A stretch of 64,000 bases of DNA from Candidatus Kaiserbacteria bacterium (GTDB taxonomy: Bacteria > Patescibacteriota > Minisyncoccia > Phycocordibacterales > UBA2100): the NCBI GenBank assembly GCA_017134395.1, contig CP070993.1, forward strand, positions 87,231 through 151,230, written 5' to 3'. Under the pieces are notes generated by a model. The model was given only the letters and a program-made list of their open reading frames with translations, was not told the origin of the DNA and ran no database searches. Shown here piece by piece: positions 54,574-64,000 of this stretch (positions are counted from its first letter, which is position 1; every line of letters begins with the position of its first letter). The position numbers and the translations under genes were made by a program.

Positions 54574-55638
54574 ATGGAGACTCCTAAAAATCGGACAGAA
54601 CATACAGAGGCGCCTGTTGAAGAGAATCCTATTATTCTTGTTGCAGGTTTAAGCGAGAATATCGATATGTATAGTGATGTTGCGCGACTGTTTCCTGATA
54701 AAAGTAAGAAATTTACGTTTCTCAGTACGCATCCTGAAGAAGAGGCAAAACGGCAACAAGAAATTTCTGGAGCAGTTGAGTATGGAGATGCTAGCAAAGA
54801 TAGTTTAGATGACGGAGAGAGTACAAAGAAAAACACACCAATCATGTCAGTGCGCGATGCACAGTATTTTGCTAATCAAGAAAATCCTGAGAACATGACT
54901 GAGTATGAGGACAATGTGCTTGCAGAACGTCACAAGAACTTTGAAAGTCGTGTGCAGCTTGCTGAAAAAGCACTCAGAGAAGCAGTAGAGAATTCAGAGG
55001 GTACTACTAATGAGATCACTATTGTTGGTCACAGTGCAGGCGGTTTTGCTACTTTGGCTGCATTGGCACGAGTTGTGGCATCATCTGAGAAGTCGCTGCC
55101 AAAAATACACGCTGTACTTATTGCTCCAGCCATTCCTGGTGAAGTAAAACAGTGGCTCGCAGTTGAACCAACGTTCATTGGCGTGGTGATGCGTGACTTT
55201 TTCCGCAAGATAGGAAAACTATCTTCTTCATATCTTGTACAACTTTTCTCAAAACGGGACATAACACCTAGTGATGCAGATTTAGCAAAGATTCTCGGAC
55301 CAATGCAAGATGCAGATTTTGAAGACCGAGTACTTAAGGGAGCCGTACCAATTGCAGGTGGCGAGGGGCTTGATCTAATTAACTATACTGAAGCATTTAA
55401 AGACAACGGAACTGCACTAGAGTTTCAAGACTGGCCAAAAAACGTAACTATTGATGTGGTGATTCCTACAAATGATCAATGGGTTAGTGTAAATGGCCAA
55501 AAAAAGTTGGTGACGGATGTGCTTAAGGCAGTTGCAGGTGAAAATGCACAAGGACATCTATTAGAAGGTGAGCCGCATTTGCCACTAGGCGAAAAAGATG
55601 CAGCTGAAAAGGTTGCAGAAATAATTGCACGAGACTAA
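54574..55638 (+). CDS. alpha/beta-hydrolase-fold protein (esterase/lipase-like)
   Basis: nucleophile elbow TIVGHSAGG. Confidence 0.6.
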   Translation: METPKNRTEHTEAPVEENPIILVAGLSENIDMYSDVARLFPDKSKKFTFLSTHPEEEAKRQQEISGAVEYGDASKDSLDDGESTKKNTPIMSVRDAQYFANQENPENMTEYEDNVLAERHKNFESRVQLAEKALREAVENSEGTTNEITIVGHSAGGFATLAALARVVASSEKSLPKIHAVLIAPAIPGEVKQWLAVEPTFIGVVMRDFFRKIGKLSSSYLVQLFSKRDITPSDADLAKILGPMQDADFEDRVLKGAVPIAGGEGLDLINYTEAFKDNGTALEFQDWPKNVTIDVVIPTNDQWVSVNGQKKLVTDVLKAVAGENAQGHLLEGEPHLPLGEKDAAEKVAEIIARD

Positions 55639-55640
55639 GT

Positions 55641-56117
55641 ATGAAAAAAACTCACATAGGAATACTGTTGATGCTTATTGGCACACTTTTTGCTGTAGGT
55701 TCTGTTATCTATCTTAAATACGGAGTTCAAACTGCAAAAACAGATACCGAAAATCCCAAGCATGCTCTTATAACACTCGATTCGCCAATGCCAAATGCAA
55801 CTATCAGTTCACCTTTAGAAATACGCGGTAAAGCTCGTGGATACTGGTTTTTTGAAGCGTCATTTCCAGCTGTCTTAACCAATTGGGATGGATTGATTAT
55901 CGCAGAAATACCCGTGCAAGCACAGAGTGAATGGATGACAGAAGACCTTGTTTCATTTACTGCCTCTATGGATTTCGAGAGTCCTTATAAAGAAGGGGAT
56001 CCCGATTTCATGAAGCGAGGTACTCTTATATTAGAAAAAGACAATCCTTCAGGACTTCCAGAGCACGATGACGCGTATGAAATAACTGTGTGGTTTGAGG
56101 CAACGGAAGCATTATAG
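55641..56117 (+). CDS. membrane-anchored protein with possible Ig-like (Gmad2-type) domain
   Basis: N-terminal TM; ISSPLEIRGKARGYWFFEASFPAVL pattern. Confidence 0.35.
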   Translation: MKKTHIGILLMLIGTLFAVGSVIYLKYGVQTAKTDTENPKHALITLDSPMPNATISSPLEIRGKARGYWFFEASFPAVLTNWDGLIIAEIPVQAQSEWMTEDLVSFTASMDFESPYKEGDPDFMKRGTLILEKDNPSGLPEHDDAYEITVWFEATEAL

Positions 56118-56144
56118 GTATTTTCCAGAAATACTGTGCAAATA

Positions 56145-56173
56145 TTGACTTTAGCCTGTATTCATGTTATTAT
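56145..56173 (+). promoter_or_regulatory. sigma70-like promoter TTGACT-17-TATTAT, followed by 8-bp leader hairpin ATCCTGT..ACAGGAT
   Basis: read from sequence. Confidence 0.45.
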
Positions 56174-56233
56174 ATTAGGCAGGTATCCTGTGGTAATACA
56201 GGATTTTGTTCCTCAAAACAAAGGGAGAAAGCC

Positions 56234-56944
56234 ATGCGAAAGCTTGGAATCTCAATTTTGTCGAGTGCGTTTTTTGCTGTTGTGCTGTCTTTCGGGACGG
56301 CGCAAGCATCAACAAGTTGCAGCGAAGAGCTTTCGGGTTCTGTGACAGCTGGGATCTACAGCTCCTATGCCATTTCGCTGGGAGCTGAGATCGATGATCG
56401 GACTACAACTCAGGAAGCGGTTCTGCTAAACATCCCATGTTCTGACTTCAGCTTGGAGTTGTGGCGTTCGGATGGATGGCATGAAGGTGGGCACGATGAG
56501 ACCGATTTCAGTCTGCTTTATAACGACGGGTTTTTCTTCGGCAAAGCCGCATTCTATGAGATCGACGGTCCGGATGACATCTTCGAGTTTCAGTTGGGTG
56601 TGCAACACGACATCGTTATGTTGGGTGAAGAAATTCAACCTTACAGCGACGTGACTGTGCACAGCAGTCTAACGGGACAAGAAGATGCGCATCTGAAGTT
56701 CGGTGTTCGTTACTCCCGCCCTGTCTTGAAAGATGTTGCTGTATTGCGTTTGGATCTCTCAACTCGTGCTGTCAATTTGATCGGCAGCAGCGATGGGTAT
56801 TCGGTTCAAGCAGCAAATGCTGCACTTGACTTCACGCTCGCAGAAAACACTACGTTAACTGTTGGATCAAAGAACTTCTGGTCACCTCGTCTTGATGACG
56901 GGTACAGACCAGTATTCTTCGGCGCAGTCACCGTAAGCTTCTAA
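56234..56944 (+). CDS. GC-rich ORF: secreted beta-rich protein ending ...GAVTVSF (outer-membrane beta-barrel/MipA-like signature?)
   Basis: AAAGGGAGAAAG RBS, signal peptide ...TAQA, alternating hydrophobic pattern, C-terminal Phe; ~50% GC. Confidence 0.45.
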   Translation: MRKLGISILSSAFFAVVLSFGTAQASTSCSEELSGSVTAGIYSSYAISLGAEIDDRTTTQEAVLLNIPCSDFSLELWRSDGWHEGGHDETDFSLLYNDGFFFGKAAFYEIDGPDDIFEFQLGVQHDIVMLGEEIQPYSDVTVHSSLTGQEDAHLKFGVRYSRPVLKDVAVLRLDLSTRAVNLIGSSDGYSVQAANAALDFTLAENTTLTVGSKNFWSPRLDDGYRPVFFGAVTVSF

Positions 56945-56956
56945 TAAGAGCTGTCA

Positions 56957-56995
56957 AAAAAGAAGCCGCCGCGACACCTCGTCGTGGCGGTTTTT
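56957..56995 (+). terminator. terminator AAGCCGCCGCGAC-ACCTC-GTCGTGGCGGTTTTT
   Basis: hairpin + T-run; resembles terminator at 51511. Confidence 0.65.
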
Positions 56996-57067
56996 CTATT
57001 CTCCTACCTACATATGAGACCTCGGAAACGCTATGGTATACTGTCCCTCTAATTAAATAAAAGACGT

Positions 57068-57712
57068 ATGAAAAGCATTTATTTTATAGTCGCAATCATT
57101 ATCATTTTAGCTCTTGGAGCATTCACTTACTTTATGTCACCAGAAGAAACAAACGAGCCAGTACAAACAAATCAGGAAACAAACGTACAATCAGCAGGAC
57201 AGGCACCAGCAGAAACAATACCATTAGGAGACGAAGTAACTGTTGTTATGGAAACGTCGATGGGAAGTATGACTCTTGAGTTAAACGCAAAAGATGCGCC
57301 AAATACTGTTGCAAACTTTGTAAAGTTGGCACAGGATGGATTTTACGATGGAACAAAATTCCACCGAGTTATCGCAAACTTTATGATTCAAGGGGGCGAC
57401 CCGCTAACTAAGGATGATGCACAAGCAGCACGCTGGGGAACTGGAGGTCCTGGATACACCTTTGCTGACGAAATTCATGCAAACAACAATAACGCAATTG
57501 GAACAATCTCAATGGCAAACGCTGGGCCAGATACAAACGGAAGCCAGTTCTTCATTAATGTCGCGAATAATGATTTTCTCGACGATAAGCATACAGTATT
57601 TGGAATAGTAACTGAAGGAATGGATGTCGTGAACGCGATTGTAGGTACGCCAACACAAGGGCAAGATCGTCCTATTGAAGCTGTTGTCATTAACTCAGTT
57701 TCAGTACGTTAG
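57068..57712 (+). CDS. ppiB: membrane-anchored cyclophilin-type peptidyl-prolyl isomerase
   Basis: FHRVIANFMIQGGDP, SMANAGPDTNGSQFFI; TGgTATACT extended -10 at 57034. Confidence 0.9.
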   Translation: MKSIYFIVAIIIILALGAFTYFMSPEETNEPVQTNQETNVQSAGQAPAETIPLGDEVTVVMETSMGSMTLELNAKDAPNTVANFVKLAQDGFYDGTKFHRVIANFMIQGGDPLTKDDAQAARWGTGGPGYTFADEIHANNNNAIGTISMANAGPDTNGSQFFINVANNDFLDDKHTVFGIVTEGMDVVNAIVGTPTQGQDRPIEAVVINSVSVR

Positions 57713-57732
57713 ACATTCGGCGAGTCATTGCT

Positions 57733-58992
57733 ATGAAATCTTTTTTGCTCAAGACTCTCCTTATCGCTGTCGTTTCGACAGCGATACTGCCTTTTGCTGT
57801 TCATGCTCAAAGTACTGTTGTGACAACAACACAAGAACCTAATCCAATTTCGGTTCATGTGTTTAAGCGAGATGATTGTACCTACTGCAAAGCAGAAGCA
57901 GAGTTTTTGGAAGAACTTTCAGTTACGCAAAGAGATTTAAACTTCACAATCGTATGGCACGACGTTGTTACCGATGAAGAAGCGAATAGTTTGTATCAAC
58001 AAATAACAACATTGAAAAAAGTACCACGTATTACGCCTATAACTATTGTCGGCGACACGCTCATTCAGGGATTTGATGCACCCGAGACAACAGGCGAACG
58101 CATCATCGCTGCCATTGGGCGCGCACACGCAGTTGGCGAGCTTCCAATTGAGGATTTTATTGCCGGGAAGACGATAGTTGAAGGTACTTCAACAGCCGGA
58201 TGTGATAGTGGGGATGTGTGTGCTATTGATGAAGTAGTAAGCGAGTTCTCCTTTAAACTTCCTCTTGTAGGTGTTGTTGATTTACAAACGTTTTCGCTTG
58301 CGACACTTGCTGTTGTGCTAGGGACAATAGATGGTTTTAATCCCTGCGCAATGTGGGTTCTTATTACATTCTTGCTTATCCTTATGCAAATTGGAAACAG
58401 GAAGCGAATGTTACAAATTGCAGGACTCTTTTTAATTGCAGAAGCAGTGATGTACGGCCTCATTCTAAACGTATGGTATTCGGCTTGGGATTTTGTAGGG
58501 CTCGACAGAATTATTACACCGCTTATTGGACTACTCGCGATTGGTGGTGGTCTCTACTTCCTTCACAAATATAAAAAAAGCCGCGACGCGCTTGTGTGTG
58601 ATGTTGCAAGCATAAAGACACAAAGCAAAATACAAGAAAGGATTCATTCAATTGCAAAAGCGCCTCTTACCATCGCTGCGATTGGCGGTATTATTGCGAT
58701 TGCTTTCTCGGTGAACATCATCGAATTTGCCTGCTCGGTCGGAATTCCACAAGCATTTACAAAGATACTTGAACTTAATCAATTAAGTTTCTTACAAACA
58801 CAAGGATATACGCTACTGTACATTCTGTTTTACATGATAGACGATTTCATTGTGTTTGGGTTTGCTGCGTGGGGCATACAAAAGATTCAATCAGCGGAGA
58901 AATATTCTCGAGCGTCGATGCTCTTCGGGGGAATATTAATGGTGCTCCTTGGGTCAGTGTTGCTTTTTGCGCCGACTGTTTTAACGTTCTAG
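57733..58992 (+). CDS. signal peptide + glutaredoxin-like domain (CTYC) fused to CcdA/DsbD-type transmembrane thiol-disulfide transporter domain
   Basis: CTYC in N-terminal Trx-fold; TM Cys pair NPCA ... EFACSVG. Confidence 0.6.
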   Translation: MKSFLLKTLLIAVVSTAILPFAVHAQSTVVTTTQEPNPISVHVFKRDDCTYCKAEAEFLEELSVTQRDLNFTIVWHDVVTDEEANSLYQQITTLKKVPRITPITIVGDTLIQGFDAPETTGERIIAAIGRAHAVGELPIEDFIAGKTIVEGTSTAGCDSGDVCAIDEVVSEFSFKLPLVGVVDLQTFSLATLAVVLGTIDGFNPCAMWVLITFLLILMQIGNRKRMLQIAGLFLIAEAVMYGLILNVWYSAWDFVGLDRIITPLIGLLAIGGGLYFLHKYKKSRDALVCDVASIKTQSKIQERIHSIAKAPLTIAAIGGIIAIAFSVNIIEFACSVGIPQAFTKILELNQLSFLQTQGYTLLYILFYMIDDFIVFGFAAWGIQKIQSAEKYSRASMLFGGILMVLLGSVLLFAPTVLTF

Positions 58993-58993
58993 T

Positions 58994-60643
58994 ATGAAAC
59001 AAGAGACAGCTCTTGGAATTTTGAAGACCGGCCGTAATGTGTATTTAACTGGTGCCGCTGGCTCGGGAAAGACACATGTGCTAAATCAGTACATTGAGTA
59101 TTTGCGAAAGAATCATGTAGGTATCGGTATTACCGCATCTACCGGTATAGCCGCAACACACTTAGGCGGTATGACCATACACTCATGGACTGGCATTGGA
59201 ATCAAAGACTATCTCACAGAGTGGGATATTGACGCACTTACTCAAAGGCAACCTTTGGTAAAGCGATTTGAACGGGCAAGTGTACTTTTAATAGACGAGG
59301 TATCTATGCTGCGGCCAGAACTTCTGGACATGGTCGATGAGGTGGCAAAGGCATTGCGACGGAACACAGAACCTTTTGGTGGTCTACAGGTAATTCTCTC
59401 GGGAGATTTCTTTCAGCTACCACCTATCGTTCGCGATGGAAGCGAAGACGCCTTTGCTGATTCAGCAAAAGCATGGCATGAGGCTGATTTTAGAATTTGC
59501 TACCTGACTGACCAATACCGACAAGAAGGTGGGCAGTTGTTAGACATTTTGAATGATATTCGTGACGGGGAAATTTCTATTGAGTCACAAGAATCTCTTC
59601 AAAGTAGAATGGTTCGGGAAGATATTGATACGAGTGAGTACGCAGAACAAGAACCAGTCGTGTTGCATACTCATAATCAAAATGTTGATAAACGAAACCT
59701 TGAAGAGCTTGCGAAGCTCAAGAGTGAGAGTGTCGTATACGACATGGTATCTACTGGCCGAGCAAATCTTGTGGAATCTTTAAAGAAAAGTGTATTGGCA
59801 CCAGAAAAGTTGGAACTCAAAATTGGTGCGCGTGTTATGTTTGTGAAGAATAATCCTGACCAAGACTATGTAAACGGAACGCTAGGAGAGGTTGTAGATT
59901 TATCTGGAGAATATCCAGTTATAAAAACTCATTCGGGAGAAGAAATTGTAGCCACACCAATGACATGGGAAACAACAGATGACAATAAAGTGCTTGCCTC
60001 AGTCGCACAAGTTCCACTTCGCCTTGCGTGGGCAATTACTGTGCACAAAAGCCAAGGAATGAGCCTCGATGCAGTTGAGGTAGACCTTTCACGTGCATTT
60101 GCTCCAGGACAAGGGTACGTCGCGCTTTCTCGTGCACGCACTCTCGAAGGGCTCACTTTGCATGGACTGAACAGAACTGCCCTTGAAGTACATCCGTATG
60201 TGCGCATGCGTGACGAACAGCTGCAGGCTGAATCACAGAGATGGGAAAATGTATTTACTAAATTTTCAAAAACGAGAATTGAGGAAATGCAAAAACAATT
60301 CATAGATAAAGTTGGTCGTACAGAAAGTGAGGCGGCAAAAGCTACGGTTATCCCAACGCATGTTAAAACACGCCACTTACTCGATGAAGGAAAAACATTG
60401 GACGATATAATAGCAGAGCGTGGAATGACAAAGGGAACTATCTTAGCGCACTTAGAAAAGTTAAAAGAAACTGACCAAGAATCTTCTTTTGCTCATATAA
60501 AACCAACAGACTCTTTTTTGAAAAACATTCTCGCTGCATTTAAGAAAAGTGGTGGTACAAAACTTTCCCCAGTGCACAAAGCTCTCAAGGGGAAATATAC
60601 CTATGAAGACCTGCGGCTGGCGCGATTATTTATTTCAGAGTAG
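58994..60643 (+). CDS. Pif1/RecD-family 5'-3' DNA helicase with C-terminal HTH domain
   Basis: LTGAAGSGKTHVL Walker A, LLIDEVSM, QLPPI, ITVHKSQGMSLD. Confidence 0.85.
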   Translation: MKQETALGILKTGRNVYLTGAAGSGKTHVLNQYIEYLRKNHVGIGITASTGIAATHLGGMTIHSWTGIGIKDYLTEWDIDALTQRQPLVKRFERASVLLIDEVSMLRPELLDMVDEVAKALRRNTEPFGGLQVILSGDFFQLPPIVRDGSEDAFADSAKAWHEADFRICYLTDQYRQEGGQLLDILNDIRDGEISIESQESLQSRMVREDIDTSEYAEQEPVVLHTHNQNVDKRNLEELAKLKSESVVYDMVSTGRANLVESLKKSVLAPEKLELKIGARVMFVKNNPDQDYVNGTLGEVVDLSGEYPVIKTHSGEEIVATPMTWETTDDNKVLASVAQVPLRLAWAITVHKSQGMSLDAVEVDLSRAFAPGQGYVALSRARTLEGLTLHGLNRTALEVHPYVRMRDEQLQAESQRWENVFTKFSKTRIEEMQKQFIDKVGRTESEAAKATVIPTHVKTRHLLDEGKTLDDIIAERGMTKGTILAHLEKLKETDQESSFAHIKPTDSFLKNILAAFKKSGGTKLSPVHKALKGKYTYEDLRLARLFISE

Positions 60644-60652
60644 GATACCCCA

Positions 60653-61474
60653 ATGAATATGATTGTAGACGGGCGCGCAATTGCTCAGAAAATTAAAGAG
60701 AGTTTAAAAAATGAGGTTCTTGATCTGTCAGAGCCGGTAGAGCTTAGCATTATTGTAGTTGGTGATAATTCAGTCACTGATACATTTGTTTCAGCGAAAG
60801 AGCGTTTCGCTAAAGATATTGCTGTTACATTCACGAAAAAAATATTCGCTAAAGATGCCACAACAGAAGAGCTTATTTCATATATTGAAGAGGTGTCGAA
60901 ATCGGTTCATGGTGTCGTTGTGCAACTTCCGTTACCTATGCATATTGCAACTGACGAAGTGCTCGCAGCGATTCCAATAGATAAAGATATTGATCTACTC
61001 AATAGTGCAACTTTTGAAAGGTTTGTCTCTAATAAGGGTTCGTTTATTCCTCCTGTGGCAGGAGCGGTGCTTGCAATTCTTGATGAATACAATGTTTCAG
61101 TTGCTAATAAAAAAGTGGCTGTTATTGGAAAAGGGAAACTTGTTGGCTTACCGGTTCAGAAAGTACTCGAAACACGTGGTGGTGAGGTAATCGTACTTGA
61201 TACTAAAACAGATAGCACAGACTTTAAGAAAATACTTAGTGAAGCAGATATTATTGTGTCGGGAGCAGGTGTCCCAAATCTTATCCAGCCAGATATGGTC
61301 AAGAAAGGAGTCGTTCTCATTGATGCTGGAACATCAAGCACGGGAGGTAGTGTTACAGGTGATATTGCAAATGAATGTGTAGAGAACGCGTTAGTTTTTT
61401 CAAAAACTCCCGGAGGTGTTGGACCACTTACTGTTGCCATACTTTTTGAAAACCTTCTTGCTGCTTCTCAATAA
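60653..61474 (+). CDS. folD: methylene-THF dehydrogenase / methenyl-THF cyclohydrolase
   Basis: VQLPLP, VIGKGKLVGLPV, PGGVGPLTVA. Confidence 0.9.
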   Translation: MNMIVDGRAIAQKIKESLKNEVLDLSEPVELSIIVVGDNSVTDTFVSAKERFAKDIAVTFTKKIFAKDATTEELISYIEEVSKSVHGVVVQLPLPMHIATDEVLAAIPIDKDIDLLNSATFERFVSNKGSFIPPVAGAVLAILDEYNVSVANKKVAVIGKGKLVGLPVQKVLETRGGEVIVLDTKTDSTDFKKILSEADIIVSGAGVPNLIQPDMVKKGVVLIDAGTSSTGGSVTGDIANECVENALVFSKTPGGVGPLTVAILFENLLAASQ

Positions 61475-61531
61475 TAATCTGGGTATAACATTTTTTCAGA
61501 ACGCTTTGGGTTACTATATAATTAGAACACT

Positions 61532-62062
61532 ATGAAAAAACTCACACAAAAGGAAGGAATTGCAGTAGGAGTAGCACTCATTTCTGTCGTTGCATTTGTT
61601 CCTGGACTCTTTGCTTCAAATGTACAAACAAACGCTACTGATTTTTCAAATGATGTAAGCAATGTACCTTCTGAACACCAGGCGTACTTTGAGGAAGTTG
61701 AAAGTACTATTTCAGATTTTGATGCGGAAGACATCGTTATCGGTGATGGTAGAGAGGCAGCGTTTGGTGATACGGTGTATGTTCATTATGTTGGAACACT
61801 TTCAAATGGTGACGTTTTTGATACGTCTACTGGTAGTGTACAGCCGTACAGGGTTACACTCGGACAAGGTGAAGTTATCACTGGTTGGGAAATTGGTTTG
61901 ATTGGTATGCGCGAAGGTGGTACACGACACTTGATTATTCCACCTGCATTAGCCTATGGCCCAAATGAGTTAGCTGATAAAGACGGCAACGTCATTATCC
62001 CAGCTGATACGACGCTTATGTTCGATATTGTTTTGTTACAAGTTGATAGAGGAGCTGAATAA
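61532..62062 (+). CDS. membrane-anchored FKBP-type peptidyl-prolyl isomerase
   Basis: VHYVGTLSNGDVFDTS...GWEIGLIGMREGG...LIIPPALAYG. Confidence 0.85.
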   Translation: MKKLTQKEGIAVGVALISVVAFVPGLFASNVQTNATDFSNDVSNVPSEHQAYFEEVESTISDFDAEDIVIGDGREAAFGDTVYVHYVGTLSNGDVFDTSTGSVQPYRVTLGQGEVITGWEIGLIGMREGGTRHLIIPPALAYGPNELADKDGNVIIPADTTLMFDIVLLQVDRGAE

Positions 62063-62078
62063 GGACCTTCTACAACGT

Positions 62079-62108
62079 AAAAACCGACAACAAAAGTTGT
62101 CGGTTTTT
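62079..62108 (+). terminator. terminator AAAACCGACAAC-AAAAG-TTGTCGGTTTTT
   Basis: perfect hairpin + T-run. Confidence 0.8.
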
Positions 62109-62128
62109 ATTTTGTACCGTACAGTAGT

Positions 62129-64000
62129 GTGGTGAAAGAAAATATTTTCAATTTAGTAAAACCGTATGAGCCAGCTGGAGATCAACCAGCGGCTATTTCT
62201 GCACTCACTAAAGGGGTAGAGAGTGGAAAGCGACACCAGACACTACTTGGTGCAACTGGTACTGGTAAAACCTATACTATTGCCAACGTCATCCAAAACA
62301 CCGGCAAAGCAACGCTCGTTATTGCACACAACAAAACGCTTGCGGCACAGCTTGCTGCAGAGTTTCGTGAATTCTTTCCTAATAATGAAGTACACTATTT
62401 TGTCTCGTACTATGACTTCTATCAGCCCGAAGCCTATGTCGCCATTACAGATACCTTTATCGAGAAAGAAGCGCAAATTAACCAAGAGATAGACCGTTTA
62501 CGGCATGCTTCGACTCAAGCGCTTCTTACAAAAAAAGATGTCATAGTCGTTGCATCTGTTTCTGCTATTTACGGTTTAGGAAGTCCACAGGAGTACGCCC
62601 GCGTTATTCTTGATTTGAAAGTAGGTGGCACATACACACGAGCAACCTTGGTGCGTGAGTTGGTAGAAATGTATTTCACTCGTGTTGCAGGAGATTTATT
62701 GGCTGGAACGTTCCGTGCACTGGGAAATACGATAGAGATAATGCCCGCGAATGAGGAGGTTATATTTCGTCTTCATTTTGAAGGAACCACTATTACTAAG
62801 ATAGAACGTCTCGACCCTATAACACGAGCAATTCAAAATGAAGAGACCCAGGTTGATATATTTCCGGCGAAGCATTTTGTCACTCCAGACGAGGTAAAAG
62901 AGGAGGCCCTCAAAGATATCGAAGCTGAGCTAAAGGAACGCCTCAGTATACTGAGGCGTTCAGGAAAGGAGCTTGATGCTGAGCGCTTAAACCGCCGAAC
63001 TCGCCAAGATATCGCAATGATAAAGGAAATAGGCTACTGCAACGGCATTGAGAACTATTCAAAACATTTTGATCGCCGTAAATCTGGAGAGCCACCACAT
63101 ACGCTCATTTCATACTTTCCAAAGAAGGACGATGGGACACCAGACTTTTTAACGGTGATAGATGAATCACACGTAACTCTTCCGCAGATTGCTGGAATGC
63201 AGGCCGGAGATAGAGCACGTAAAGATACGTTGGTAGAGTTTGGGTTTCGCCTGCCAAGCGCACGCGATAACCGACCCCTGAACTTTGAAGAGTTTGAGGA
63301 ACGAATTGGTGAGGCGATTTATGTAAGTGCCACGCCAAGTAAGTATGAGCTTGAACATAGTAGTGATGGTTCGTGTTCACTGCATACTGATTACAAACAA
63401 AAACAACACGCACAAATTCATGAAGAACAGGTAGGGACGCATCCTGCGGCCTGTTCAGTCATTGAACAAATAATTCGACCTACTGGATTGGTTGATCCAG
63501 AAGTAAGTGTGCGTCCTGTTGTTTCGAGTGAGTCTTATGCAGGGCAAGTGAAAGATTTTATTGAAGAAGCGAAGAAAGTTACAAAAAATGGCGCACGTTC
63601 ATTAGTAACAGTGCTCACAAAAAAGATGGCAGAAGATTTAGCAGAGTATCTTGAAGAGAGTGGTATTAATGCCAAGTATATACACAGCGACATAAAGACA
63701 GTTGAAAGAATTGGCATCCTGACTGATTTTCGAAGAGGAGAGTTTGACGTACTCGTGGGAGTGAACCTCCTGCGCGAAGGTCTCGATTTGCCAGAAGTAG
63801 AGCTTGTGGGAATACTCGATGCCGACAAAGAGGGATTCCTGCGCAGTGACACTGCACTTATCCAAACAATTGGTCGCGCAGCACGTAACGTGAATGGGCG
63901 AGTTATTCTCTATGCTGATAACGTTACAGGCTCAATGGAGCGTGCGCTTAATGAAACCAGTCGGCGTAGAGCAAGACAGGTAGCACATAACAAAAAACAT
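62129..64000 (+). CDS. uvrB: excinuclease ABC subunit B, 3'-partial (GTG start; runs off window); not in ORF track
   Basis: colinear with E. coli UvrB: GDQPAAI, LLGATGTGKT, VSYYDFYQPEAY, DESHVTLPQ, beta-hairpin, helicase motifs; ~25-aa insertion near residue 410. Confidence 0.95.
   Translation, partial: MVKENIFNLVKPYEPAGDQPAAISALTKGVESGKRHQTLLGATGTGKTYTIANVIQNTGKATLVIAHNKTLAAQLAAEFREFFPNNEVHYFVSYYDFYQPEAYVAITDTFIEKEAQINQEIDRLRHASTQALLTKKDVIVVASVSAIYGLGSPQEYARVILDLKVGGTYTRATLVRELVEMYFTRVAGDLLAGTFRALGNTIEIMPANEEVIFRLHFEGTTITKIERLDPITRAIQNEETQVDIFPAKHFVTPDEVKEEALKDIEAELKERLSILRRSGKELDAERLNRRTRQDIAMIKEIGYCNGIENYSKHFDRRKSGEPPHTLISYFPKKDDGTPDFLTVIDESHVTLPQIAGMQAGDRARKDTLVEFGFRLPSARDNRPLNFEEFEERIGEAIYVSATPSKYELEHSSDGSCSLHTDYKQKQHAQIHEEQVGTHPAACSVIEQIIRPTGLVDPEVSVRPVVSSESYAGQVKDFIEEAKKVTKNGARSLVTVLTKKMAEDLAEYLEESGINAKYIHSDIKTVERIGILTDFRRGEFDVLVGVNLLREGLDLPEVELVGILDADKEGFLRSDTALIQTIGRAARNVNGRVILYADNVTGSMERALNETSRRRARQVAHNKKH

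Noticed and set aside
1-64000. CRISPR arrays, transposases, integrases, phage structural genes, toxin-antitoxin pairs with recognisable domains
   Set aside because: I looked for direct-repeat/spacer periodicity, DDE/tyrosine-recombinase motifs and typical TA domains and found none. The tRNA-adjacent regions carry ordinary housekeeping genes.

Overview
This reads as a densely packed, low-GC (roughly 40%) chromosomal segment from a streamlined bacterium. Most of it is housekeeping and cell-envelope genes. I found no transposase, integrase or CRISPR array. Assigning the segment to a CPR/Patescibacteria-like lineage is an inference only.

Main gene content, in order:
- typA, a cold-shock protein gene, and a zinc module (ZIP importer divergent from a Fur/Zur-family regulator, followed by a YibE/F-like membrane protein).
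- A MacAB-type tripartite ABC exporter (adaptor, FtsX-like permease, ATPase).
- def and fmt, then a PriA homologue whose ATPase motifs look degenerate.
- A single ORF fusing an XRE-type HTH domain to a full-length MurA.
- A complete elongasome, mreB-mreC-mreD-like-PBP2, plus a second mreB paralogue elsewhere.
- greA, a class I LysRS, and a minimal ProRS.
- A truncated dcw cluster (mraZ-rsmH-ftsL-ftsI-murF only). mraZ carries GTGGG operator repeats, and murF lacks the N-terminal domain.
- yrdC, parB, rel, topA, dprA, serS, an ftsQ-like gene, dus and dnaX.
- Tandem M14 carboxypeptidase paralogues, one of which looks catalytically dead.
- Cyclophilin and FKBP isomerases, a glutaredoxin-CcdA fusion, a Pif1-family helicase, folD, and the 5' part of uvrB.
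- Four tRNAs: Asn-GTT, Glu-CTC, Leu-CAA and Gln-TTG.

Observations worth a second look:
- A roughly 75-95 nt intergenic sequence recurs three times on the + strand, at about 1318, 16757 and 54105.
- A GC-rich triple-hairpin element sits inside the def-fmt operon and is a candidate structured RNA.
- Three conspicuously GC-rich ORFs all encode signal-peptide proteins; one interrupts the usual dprA-topA adjacency.
- There are several perfect palindromes, and small ORFs bounded by a ribosome-binding site and a terminator.
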